Below, one piece after another: positions 52,015-60,482 of a stretch of 64,000 bases of DNA. Below the pieces are notes generated by a model. It saw only the letters and a list, made by a program, of their open reading frames with translations, was not told the origin of the DNA and searched no databases. Location: the NCBI GenBank assembly GCA_963719505.1, contig CAVRCF010000001.1:192001-256000 (forward strand). The letters are read 5' to 3'. Positions within the stretch are counted from its first letter, which is position 1. Every line of letters starts with the position of its first letter. The translations under genes and the position numbers were made by a program. Origin of the DNA: Halobacteriovoraceae bacterium. GTDB lineage: Bacteria; Bdellovibrionota; Bacteriovoracia; Bacteriovoracales; Bacteriovoracaceae.

Positions 52015-52908
52015 TTACGTATTAACAACAAAACTCCACTTAATTTTTGCCTTTCCACCTTGAAGCATTTTGGCTGGTGGATTTGGAAATGGTCCTGCTT
52101 GATTAAAAGTTTCAATCGCAGCCTTATCCAGTTCTCGAATACCACTGGCTGACTTTATGTCCACCTTTACAATTTCACCGTTCTCATTGAGCTCAATTTC
52201 TAAAGCTGTAATATGATTGGTATCCGAAGCTAAAGATCTTCCAGACTTAAATATTTTATCAGCTTGATCCTGAATGTTTCGTCCCCAAAACTGCTCAAGC
52301 TTTTGTCTTATCCTGTGGTAGAAACCATAGAATTCAAATTCTTGGGTGTTTAGCTTGGTAAAGTCTCCTAGAGGAATATCTTCCAGATAATCGTTACTCT
52401 GCCCAAGCCCCTTAACTCCGCGTGTACCATTAACTAAGCCCTTTCTAGCCGCAGATATTGCTTTTTTATATTCTTTTTCTGAATACTCTTTCGTATTGGT
52501 TTTAAAACCTAGGTCTGAGAAGCTAACGACCTTTTTCTTATTCTTTAAGTTCTTTTGAGCCTTTTGACGAACGTCTGATCCGTCTCTTCTCCCAATACCT
52601 GCTGTTTTAAATTTTCCAGTATTAGCAGCTCTGGTTTGCCTATCAACGCTATTATCTTTCTCACCTAGAAAGGCTGTTTCTGCTTTTTTAAGATTATTTT
52701 TTTGCTCAGTCTGAACAACTTGTTGTTTAATTTTTGATTTGTAATTTTGAAGAAGCCTAAGCTTTACAATTTCTTCCACCTCTTTAGGAGGAGAATTGAA
52801 ATAGCTAATTGATGAAGTTTTCGAAATTAAGAGGCAACAATGTATAAACATTGAGACACATAAGAAACCAATTAATTTTCTATTTTTTGCAAGTCTAATC
52901 TTATCCAT
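52015..52908 (-). CDS. TonB/TolA C-terminal domain protein
   Basis: N-terminal TM with SxxxH (SMFIH), charged linker, C-terminal ...G.I..V.I..ASG..ELDKAA......AGPFPNPP. Confidence 0.85.
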   Translation of the reverse strand: MDKIRLAKNRKLIGFLCVSMFIHCCLLISKTSSISYFNSPPKEVEEIVKLRLLQNYKSKIKQQVVQTEQKNNLKKAETAFLGEKDNSVDRQTRAANTGKFKTAGIGRRDGSDVRQKAQKNLKNKKKVVSFSDLGFKTNTKEYSEKEYKKAISAARKGLVNGTRGVKGLGQSNDYLEDIPLGDFTKLNTQEFEFYGFYHRIRQKLEQFWGRNIQDQADKIFKSGRSLASDTNHITALEIELNENGEIVKVDIKSASGIRELDKAAIETFNQAGPFPNPPAKMLQGGKAKIKWSFVVNT

Positions 52909-52969
52909 GAAATACCGCCTACTGTGTTCGTATCGGTATTTCCGTAGGAATTTTTAGACCTTTTTGGGC

Positions 52970-55717
52970 TTACTGATTATTGTAGTAGTCATCGTCTTCA
53001 AAGATTGCCCCGGGAGCATCGCCATTGGCATCCACTGGCTCTTCTTTTTCAGCTCCAGGCTCTGTTCCTTCCACAAAAGACTCCATGATAACACCAGAAC
53101 CTCTTGAATTAACAGGTCTTCCAGTTTCTTTATCAATAGCTTGATTGAGTATTCCACTCGGTATTGAGAAGTCACTTTCACCATACTTTTTTATAGCTAA
53201 TCGCATATATTCTTTCCAGATGGGGAGGGCAGATTTTGCCCCTGTCTCTCCAAATCCCAATGTCCCATTGTCATCGAACCCAGTCCAAACGCCCGTCACA
53301 ACTCTGGATGAAAATCCTAAAAACCATGCGTCTACATAATTATTTGTGGTTCCAGTCTTTCCACCTAAAAAGGGGCTGACATCTCTTGCAGATCTTCCTG
53401 TACCATTTTGAACAACACCCTTAAGGAGATTCGTCATGATGTAGGCCAACCTTTGATCGTAAACTTGGCTTTCAGTGAGATTAACGTAGAAAGGATTTTC
53501 CTTTTCTTTTTTCTCTTCAACTACAGTCGCCTTTGGTTCAACCTCTACAATTTCATCAGAGGGCTCCTCTATAGCTACCGCTGCATCCTTATTTTCTTCT
53601 TTGTCACCATCATTCTGTTCATCCAAAGTATGAACCGTTCCATAGCGATCCTTGATGCTTAGTATTGATTTTAGTTTCACAAGGCGACCACCGTTTGGAA
53701 AAATGGAATATGTTTTCACAAGATCCAAAAGGTTCATTCCAAATGAGCCTAAAGACACGCTGAGGTCTTTTGGTAAATCTATATCCACTTTAAGTCTATC
53801 GACGAAAGAAATAATATTTGAAACTCCAATATCTTGAGTCAGTCTAATGGTTGGGATATTTCGACTCGTTTCCAAAGATCTTCTATAGGTCATCTGCCCT
53901 TTGAACTTCCCGTCATAATTTCTAGGCTTCCAACTTAGACTCTCATCTGCACCACCTAGTGCACTGGGTGAGTCTAACAAGGTCGACGCTGGTGTATAAC
54001 CATGCTCTAGGCCCACGGCGTAGAGAAGGGGCTTAAAGGCAGACCCAGGCTGTCTATTAGATTGAACGGCCCTATTAAATTGAGATTTTTGAAAATCGCT
54101 TCCCCCTACCATCGATATAATCTCACCGGTAAAAGGAGAAATTGACAATAGTGCCCCTTGAGCGTCTGGCTCTTGCTCTAAAGAGGCTAAGTAAAATTTC
54201 TGCTCTTTAAGCTTTGAAATAAACTCTTTGTTAAGATCAACTTTCTTAAACTCTGAGTAAATGCTCTCCCAAACAGGCCTTGGACTTCCCAGAACTTTAA
54301 TGAGGATTTTATCTCCCTCTTTCAACATGGTCGAAGGACGAGTCACGTATGACCAATAATGTCTTTCTTCATCTATTTTTCTGTCATGGGCCCAGCGAAA
54401 GTGCTCATAAGGAATCATCGCTTTTAATCCACCAGCAAAGGTGACGTAGATCATTCTTTGTAGGTTGTTTACCTTTGAGACAATAGCTTCAAAATTAGAG
54501 CCAATTTCGATAAGCTCATTCATCTTACTTTCTGAGTTATTTCCGGCTGAGTAGTATTTTCTATACCTTGGTTTAATCGTTTCTTCATCTTCAGCATAAG
54601 CTTCCAGTGATCTCTCAAGTTCACCTTCGGCAAACTCCAGCTCCTTTCGAACTGTTCCATCTTTGAAGAAAATGAAAAATTTTGAAGCGTCTGTAATAAT
54701 TTGTTTTCTTTGTACCTTAAGCTCTTCTAATATTTTTTCTTTTGTATCAAAATGAGCCAGAGGACCTTTATAACCTTGTCTTTTATCTATAGCGATAACA
54801 CCTTCAAGAACTTCTTTTTCAGCTTTTTTCTGAAGTTGCCAATCAAGTGTTGTTTGAATTTCGTAGCCATTAGAGAGAAACTCTTCGTTTCCAAACTTTT
54901 CAATGACTCTTTGGCGTATCCAATCTGTAAAATACCCGGCTTTCATAAGGTTTGGTTTTCTAAGCTGCATTGTAATGTCTTCGTTTTTTGCAGCCTCATA
55001 TTCTTCCTGAGTTATTTTTCCCGTCTTTACGAGTCGACCAAGAACATACCTTTGTCTTCTTTTTGCATACTTGGGATTAATATACGGAGAATACTTTCCA
55101 GGGGCCACTAAAAGACCTGCGACAAGAGCACTCTCAGCGATAGTCGCCTCTTCTAGCTCTTTACCAAAGTAACCTGAAAAGGCGGCTTTTACTCCGTAGT
55201 AACCACCACCTAAATAAACTTGGTTCAAATAAAGAAAAAGAATATCTTGTTTGGAAAATTTTTCTTCGATTTTTTTTGCTAGAAGGAGATCTTTAATTTT
55301 CCTTGTAAAAGTTCTCTCTGAAGAAAGAAGAAGAGACTTTGCCACTTGTTGAGTGATAGTCGAGGCTCCTTGGACAATACGCCCAGCTTTTATATTGATG
55401 ACCATGGCACGCATAATCCCCACGTAATCGACTCCTGAGTGATTATAAAAATTATCATCTTCTGCAGCTAAAAAAGAATCGACTACTCTTTTGGGAATAT
55501 TTTCAAAAGGGATCACTTCACGTTTTTCTTTGGATATCTCTAAAAGAACTTCTCCATCCTTTGACAGGATTCTCGAAGGTACTGGAGGTCTGTAGTCACT
55601 TAGGGAGTTGATTTGAGGAAGGTCAAATGAGATATAGACTATTAACCCCAAGACAAAGATTCCCGCTAGAAACCCCAATGAGCCTATGACCGCTATAAAT
55701 TTCATGAAATTTTTCAC
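52970..55717 (-). CDS. mrcA: Penicillin-binding protein 1A (class A PBP)
   Basis: Glycosyltransferase motifs EDDNFYNH, GASTITQQ, RK, LYLN; transpeptidase SAFK, SRN, KTGT; large central insertion. Confidence 0.93.
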   Translation of the reverse strand: MKNFMKFIAVIGSLGFLAGIFVLGLIVYISFDLPQINSLSDYRPPVPSRILSKDGEVLLEISKEKREVIPFENIPKRVVDSFLAAEDDNFYNHSGVDYVGIMRAMVINIKAGRIVQGASTITQQVAKSLLLSSERTFTRKIKDLLLAKKIEEKFSKQDILFLYLNQVYLGGGYYGVKAAFSGYFGKELEEATIAESALVAGLLVAPGKYSPYINPKYAKRRQRYVLGRLVKTGKITQEEYEAAKNEDITMQLRKPNLMKAGYFTDWIRQRVIEKFGNEEFLSNGYEIQTTLDWQLQKKAEKEVLEGVIAIDKRQGYKGPLAHFDTKEKILEELKVQRKQIITDASKFFIFFKDGTVRKELEFAEGELERSLEAYAEDEETIKPRYRKYYSAGNNSESKMNELIEIGSNFEAIVSKVNNLQRMIYVTFAGGLKAMIPYEHFRWAHDRKIDEERHYWSYVTRPSTMLKEGDKILIKVLGSPRPVWESIYSEFKKVDLNKEFISKLKEQKFYLASLEQEPDAQGALLSISPFTGEIISMVGGSDFQKSQFNRAVQSNRQPGSAFKPLLYAVGLEHGYTPASTLLDSPSALGGADESLSWKPRNYDGKFKGQMTYRRSLETSRNIPTIRLTQDIGVSNIISFVDRLKVDIDLPKDLSVSLGSFGMNLLDLVKTYSIFPNGGRLVKLKSILSIKDRYGTVHTLDEQNDGDKEENKDAAVAIEEPSDEIVEVEPKATVVEEKKEKENPFYVNLTESQVYDQRLAYIMTNLLKGVVQNGTGRSARDVSPFLGGKTGTTNNYVDAWFLGFSSRVVTGVWTGFDDNGTLGFGETGAKSALPIWKEYMRLAIKKYGESDFSIPSGILNQAIDKETGRPVNSRGSGVIMESFVEGTEPGAEKEEPVDANGDAPGAIFEDDDYYNNQ

Positions 55718-55726
55718 TTGCTTCCT

Positions 55727-56650
55727 TTACTTGTTTTTCCACTTTTGAATTTTTTCAAAGGCTTTTTCCGACAGCTCTAAAGAGCGTTCCCTTACCGAAG
55801 CCAATTGGTCGACAAGGTTTGAGACTTTATCAATATTTTTATTGTTGACGTTAATTTGTTCAAAACCGGCTTTAGGATCACGACCGAAACCTCTCACTTT
55901 CCGATAGACTCCTAACAGATAGCCTGACGGTGCCGAAATTTTATCTTCGGCACCAAAAACAGAGTAGTAAAAGCTTAAATCAATACCCATTTGATTAACT
56001 TCTTTTCTATACGCCAGTGAAGGCCTAAGCAGAAAATTTTCATTGAGACGATTGAGATCGATGGCGTCAATAATATTTTGAGCAAGCGGCCCACTTTTCA
56101 AAAGGTGTACTTTTCTTCCTTTATAAGCCGGTATAATAACAATTATCTTTAATCTTTCCTGACGTTCCTCTTCAAATTCATCATTGATAAAGTCGGAAAC
56201 TGAATCCATCCAGTCTGAAGAGAAAGCCTCTTTATTTTTTAATTGGTTGAGTAATGAAAACATCTTAAAGTTAACTCTATTTGCACTTTCATACTTTGCA
56301 TAAAGAGCAGCCACGATTGAGTTGAAGCCGCTTGTTACAATTATTTTAGGTCTTACCCCAAGCCTCTCCATTTGATCGAGAAGCTCTATGTAAGCAAACG
56401 AGTTATAAAGTGCCGGGGCTAAATGTAGTGCAATGATTGGATTTTTTTCTATTTTTTTGTCACTGTCTTCAATCGGCACCGCCCCTTCGTTTAGTGGGCC
56501 ATAGACATTTTCTTTTGAATCTTTATCAGTAACTTTTGGCTTTGATGATGATTCATCTAAGTCAACGACGCTAATTTGATTATTCTTTCGACTTCTCGTT
56601 TGGCAAGATGAGATAAGTATCAATAGGAGGAAGAATGAAAAAAGTTTCAT
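55727..56650 (-). CDS. Lipoprotein with degenerate patatin-like fold
   Basis: Lipobox LISSC; the segment IALHLAPALYNSFAYIELL...LGVRPKIIVTSGFNSIVAALYA aligns by eye with the patatin N-terminus. Confidence 0.55.
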   Translation of the reverse strand: MKLFSFFLLLILISSCQTRSRKNNQISVVDLDESSSKPKVTDKDSKENVYGPLNEGAVPIEDSDKKIEKNPIIALHLAPALYNSFAYIELLDQMERLGVRPKIIVTSGFNSIVAALYAKYESANRVNFKMFSLLNQLKNKEAFSSDWMDSVSDFINDEFEEERQERLKIIVIIPAYKGRKVHLLKSGPLAQNIIDAIDLNRLNENFLLRPSLAYRKEVNQMGIDLSFYYSVFGAEDKISAPSGYLLGVYRKVRGFGRDPKAGFEQINVNNKNIDKVSNLVDQLASVRERSLELSEKAFEKIQKWKNK

Positions 56651-56871
56651 TTTTCTTCGTACTCTTCTTCCTCGAGACTTTCGGTCAAAACTTTTATCTT
56701 CTTTTCAGCGTCTACAAGAAAGTCTTTGCACTCGCTGTACATTTTTATTCCTTCTTCGAACATTTCGATGCTTTTTCCAAGAGGCAACTCACCTTTTTCT
56801 AAAGAGCCTACAACCTTCTCAAGTTTTTCTAATGTTTCTTCAAAGTTTTCAGTCTTAGTAGTTGAACCCAT
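56647..56871 (-). CDS. xseB: Exodeoxyribonuclease VII small subunit
   Basis: FEETLEKLEKVV..LE.GELPL..SI..FEEG......C...L..AEKKI. Confidence 0.95.
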   Translation of the reverse strand: MGSTTKTENFEETLEKLEKVVGSLEKGELPLGKSIEMFEEGIKMYSECKDFLVDAEKKIKVLTESLEEEEYEEK

Positions 56872-57094
56872 TAATCACCTTTTTTAAAATTTATTTTTCC
56901 AATTATCTTATCTATTGACTAATTTTGCCACACAAAAAACCTTGTAAGTCCCAGAAATTTAGTAAGCCTGACAACGAAACTCACTTAAAGGAAAATTTTT
57001 CGGTGAGGTGTCAATTTTTTGTTAAGATACGTTTATTCATTTCACGAATTCAGTTACTTGAGGAAGATGACACTTTTTTCCCGTGCTAATAATT

Positions 57095-57110
57095 TGGCGC
57101 AAGAGTTGAT
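57095..57110 (+). promoter_or_regulatory. Candidate sigma54 (-24/-12) promoter of the flg operon
   Basis: TGGCGC-N5-TTGAT versus consensus TGGCAC-N5-TTGCW; correct spacing, imperfect -12; ~55 nt upstream of flgF. Confidence 0.45.
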
Positions 57111-57163
57111 AAACTCTTTATGTAGAAGATTAGGAAGATTTTCTATAATGTCAGGAGGACAGT

Positions 57164-57994
57164 TTGAAAAATATTTGGGTTCCCCTATCGGGGCAAGTGG
57201 CGCAACAAAGAAAAGTTGAAACCATTGCCAATAATATTGCAAACGCAAATACTCCTGGTTTCAAAAAAGATCGCTTAACATTTAAAGAACACTTAACGGC
57301 TCTAGATAAGGGTCTTGAAGATATCGACATTCCAAGAGAAGACTGGTCTCCCGATGATTTCTATAAAACTCAAGGAGCCCAGAACTCTCATGTTAAAGTC
57401 GACGGAAGTTACACTGTCCACGAACAAGGAAGACTTGATCCAACAAATAATCCCCTGGACTTTGCTCTTCACGGCAAAGGCTTTTTTGAAGTTTCTACTC
57501 CTCAAGGAATTCGTTATACAAGAAAAGGTAATCTTACTGTTTCAAAAGAAGGTGAGCTCATTACCGACAGCGGTTTCAAGCTTTTGGCAAAGTTAGAAAC
57601 TAAAGCCTCTGACTCTGAGGCAATTGATAAAAGTGATATTGAAAAAAGATTTATAAAACTTCCTGAAGGCGCAAGAATATCTGTGTCGAGAGAGGGAGAG
57701 ATTTTCAACAAAGGCGCCCTGGTTGGACGAATGTCAATTGTTGAATTCAGTGATGTTAATGCCATTAGGAAAGAGGGCAACTCACTTTATATAAATAATG
57801 ACGAAGCAAACTTAAAGCGTGAAAAGGTCGCTACAAGCGTCAATCAAGGCTTTATCGAAGGCTCAAATGTAAATGCCGTTCAGGAGATGTCGGAACTTAT
57901 AAGAGCCCACAGACACTTTGAAAATATTCAAAAAGCAATTAGTACATACGACAGTATCTCTGGAAAAGCTGTTAACGATATCGCTAAATTTTAG
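57164..57994 (+). CDS. flgF: Flagellar basal-body rod protein FlgF
   Basis: TTG start after aggagga; IANNIANANTPGFK, TNNPLDFAL.GKGFF, YTRKG, QGFIEGSNVNAV. Confidence 0.92.
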   Translation: MKNIWVPLSGQVAQQRKVETIANNIANANTPGFKKDRLTFKEHLTALDKGLEDIDIPREDWSPDDFYKTQGAQNSHVKVDGSYTVHEQGRLDPTNNPLDFALHGKGFFEVSTPQGIRYTRKGNLTVSKEGELITDSGFKLLAKLETKASDSEAIDKSDIEKRFIKLPEGARISVSREGEIFNKGALVGRMSIVEFSDVNAIRKEGNSLYINNDEANLKREKVATSVNQGFIEGSNVNAVQEMSELIRAHRHFENIQKAISTYDSISGKAVNDIAKF

Positions 57995-58016
57995 TGACAT
58001 CCATAAGGACAAATAA

Positions 58017-58871
58017 ATGAAGCAAATTAAAATTCTACTTTTTTTCTCATTCGTCGTTCTCTTCTTTAGTATTGAAGCTAACGCAATGATAAGGGCCCTC
58101 AATACCGCTGCGACAGGAATGAGTGCACAGGAGTCGAATGTTAATACTATCTCTAACAATATTGCCAACGCCAATACCAACGGCTACAAAACACACCGAA
58201 CAGAATTTGAGGACCTAACTTATCAAACAGTAAGAGAAGCCGGAGCTCGTTCATCTTCAGGATCCATGTACATGGTGGGACAGCAAGTTGGGAGTGGAGC
58301 GAGAGTTTCTGCAACGAGAAGAATTCATAAAATGGGATCTCCCCTTGCAACGAATAATCCCTATGACTTAATGATTATGGGGGACGAAGGCTACTTTGGT
58401 GTCCAAGTTGGAGACGAAATTCAATTCACACGAGATGGCTCTTTCACAGTTGATGCTCAAGGTGTTCTCAAAACCAGAGATGGTCACCCACTGGTACCCT
58501 ACGTAACAATTCCACCCAATACAAAAAGTTTAAATATTGCCAGTGATGGAAAGATTCAAGCCTTTCTAACCTCACAAACAGAACCCATAGAACTTGGACA
58601 AATTCCTGTTTTTGTCTTCGTAAACCCAGCTGGTCTTATGGACCAAGGTGGAAATCTTACCAAGAAGTCGACGGCAAGTGGTGAGCCAATTCAATTAATA
58701 GCTGGGACACAGAATGCTGGAGCAATCCAACAAGGATACCTTGAATCCTCTAACGTCTCTATTATGAATGAGATGACGGGTCTAATTAAGGCACAAAGAG
58801 CTTATGAGATGAATTCAAAAGTTATGGGTGTAGCAGATCAGATGCTTCAAACGGTTAATAATATAAGATGA
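58017..58871 (+). CDS. flgG: Flagellar distal rod protein FlgG with a 23-aa signal-peptide-like extension
   Basis: Canonical MIRALNTAATGM..Q...ISNNIAN.NT.GYK...EFEDL.YQ begins at 58086; FTRDGSF; QGYLESSNV...AQRAYEMNSK. SD aaggac precedes ATG at 58017. Confidence 0.95.
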   Translation: MKQIKILLFFSFVVLFFSIEANAMIRALNTAATGMSAQESNVNTISNNIANANTNGYKTHRTEFEDLTYQTVREAGARSSSGSMYMVGQQVGSGARVSATRRIHKMGSPLATNNPYDLMIMGDEGYFGVQVGDEIQFTRDGSFTVDAQGVLKTRDGHPLVPYVTIPPNTKSLNIASDGKIQAFLTSQTEPIELGQIPVFVFVNPAGLMDQGGNLTKKSTASGEPIQLIAGTQNAGAIQQGYLESSNVSIMNEMTGLIKAQRAYEMNSKVMGVADQMLQTVNNIR

Positions 58872-59734
58872 TAAAAAAACTTTTAATCTCTACTTTACTC
58901 CTTCATTGTTTTTCAAGCTTTGCTTGTCAGATAACTTCTTATCCTCAAATTATTAAATTAAACAAAGTCCTCGATGACTCAATCATTAAAAGTTCAGATT
59001 GTGATGATGAGCAAACACAGATGTTTATTCAACTTATTTCAGGGGCTGATGGAGAACTAACATCTAGTCACCTCTCTCAAATCTTTAAATCTGAATTCAA
59101 AAAGGAAATGACTATTTCCCCAGGAAAGATTGAAGTGAAGAGTGTTAAAGATGTCCTTGTAGACTTGGTTCAACTCCCAAGCTCTTTAGTTTTTTCAACG
59201 ACGACTAGTCTCTATGATAAAGGGAGCCTTAATCTTGAAGGGACAAGTACCCTCAATGCAAGTTGTGCCAACTGCGAATCCGCCGGTGAAAAAAACATTA
59301 AAGTCTCCTTGGACAACCAAACGATTTGGTTTTCAACAAAGCTTCTTACCAAAAGAGTTGCATTCATCGCCACAGAAAGTATTTCACCTTTTCAATCAAA
59401 GCTTTCTCAAGATCAATTTTATGAAAAAAAAATATTTGACACAGGGAATACTCACCTATTTCGCGATATGGAAAACATTCGGTTTTATCGCCCTACCCGC
59501 CATCTTGAAAAGGGAAAAGTTTTAAATGTATCTGACTTTGTTCCAATGACAATTGTAAAACCGGGTCAAAAAGTAAAGGTACTCCTTAAAGGAAAAAGCA
59601 TCTCTCTCAATAGCACTGCACTGGCTAGGCAGGGTGGAAAAATTGGACAAATTATTGATGTCTATAATCAAAAAACAAATAAAAAAATATCGGGACTTGT
59701 GATCGATTTCAATACGGTAATGGTTAACTTATGA
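58868..59734 (+). CDS. flgA: Flagellar P-ring chaperone FlgA
   Basis: Signal peptide; C-terminal IVKPGQKVKV...ALARQGGKIGQIIDVYN..TNKKISG.V; between flgG and flgH. Confidence 0.85.
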   Translation: MIKKLLISTLLLHCFSSFACQITSYPQIIKLNKVLDDSIIKSSDCDDEQTQMFIQLISGADGELTSSHLSQIFKSEFKKEMTISPGKIEVKSVKDVLVDLVQLPSSLVFSTTTSLYDKGSLNLEGTSTLNASCANCESAGEKNIKVSLDNQTIWFSTKLLTKRVAFIATESISPFQSKLSQDQFYEKKIFDTGNTHLFRDMENIRFYRPTRHLEKGKVLNVSDFVPMTIVKPGQKVKVLLKGKSISLNSTALARQGGKIGQIIDVYNQKTNKKISGLVIDFNTVMVNL

Positions 59735-60480
59735 AAATACTTATTTTAGCGACACTTTTTCTTTTTACCTCATGTGCCTCTTACGTCAATAGGATGCATA
59801 GACAAATAGATCACGAGGAAAGAGTGGCAGCTGGATATCCCGCAAGACCTGCTCAAGTCCCTTATAATCGCTATCAAGCCGCCAATGCCAGAGGCATAAA
59901 TAATCCTGTTACTCTTGGTGGTGGGGCAAGGCAAAGCACGAGAAACACGCCAAACCTTCCTCCACAAAACCAAAGAGACTTTGATGGTTACGGAAAAAGA
60001 AGAGTGACTGCTAACGACCTTAAGGATAACGAACAAAGTGGAAGTCTATGGACTGGAAAGCATTCTGAGAGCTTTCTCTTTGTCACCAACAACATAAAAA
60101 GAGCTGGAGATATCGTTATTGTCGAGGTTTTGAATCCACTTAAAGAGACAATTCAAGAGGAATTAGAAAGAACGTTCCCGGTCGCCCCGCAAAAAACGAA
60201 AAAAGGTGAAAAAGCTGAAGAGAAAAAAGAAGCCCCTGCGGAAGAAGTTGCCAAGGGCGAAACTGACGAGAAAAAAGTCTATGATAAGATATCTACTCAA
60301 GTAATTGAGGAGATCAACAAAGATTACCTCCTAGTCAGAGGAAGAAAAGAGATTATGTATAAAACGAGAAGAAGATTTATAGAATTTCAAGCTCTCGTTT
60401 CTAGAAAAGATATTTCAAACGATGACGCCGTACAATCGTCAAAAGTTCTTGAACCTAAAATTTCAGTATTGAGGTACTAA
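59731..60480 (+). CDS. flgH: Flagellar L-ring lipoprotein FlgH (divergent)
   Basis: Lipobox LFTSC; GSLW, GDIVIV, LLVRGRKEI, V.RKDIS.DD.V.SSKV; synteny. Confidence 0.85.
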   Translation: MKILILATLFLFTSCASYVNRMHRQIDHEERVAAGYPARPAQVPYNRYQAANARGINNPVTLGGGARQSTRNTPNLPPQNQRDFDGYGKRRVTANDLKDNEQSGSLWTGKHSESFLFVTNNIKRAGDIVIVEVLNPLKETIQEELERTFPVAPQKTKKGEKAEEKKEAPAEEVAKGETDEKKVYDKISTQVIEEINKDYLLVRGRKEIMYKTRRRFIEFQALVSRKDISNDDAVQSSKVLEPKISVLRY

Positions 60481-60482
60481 AA

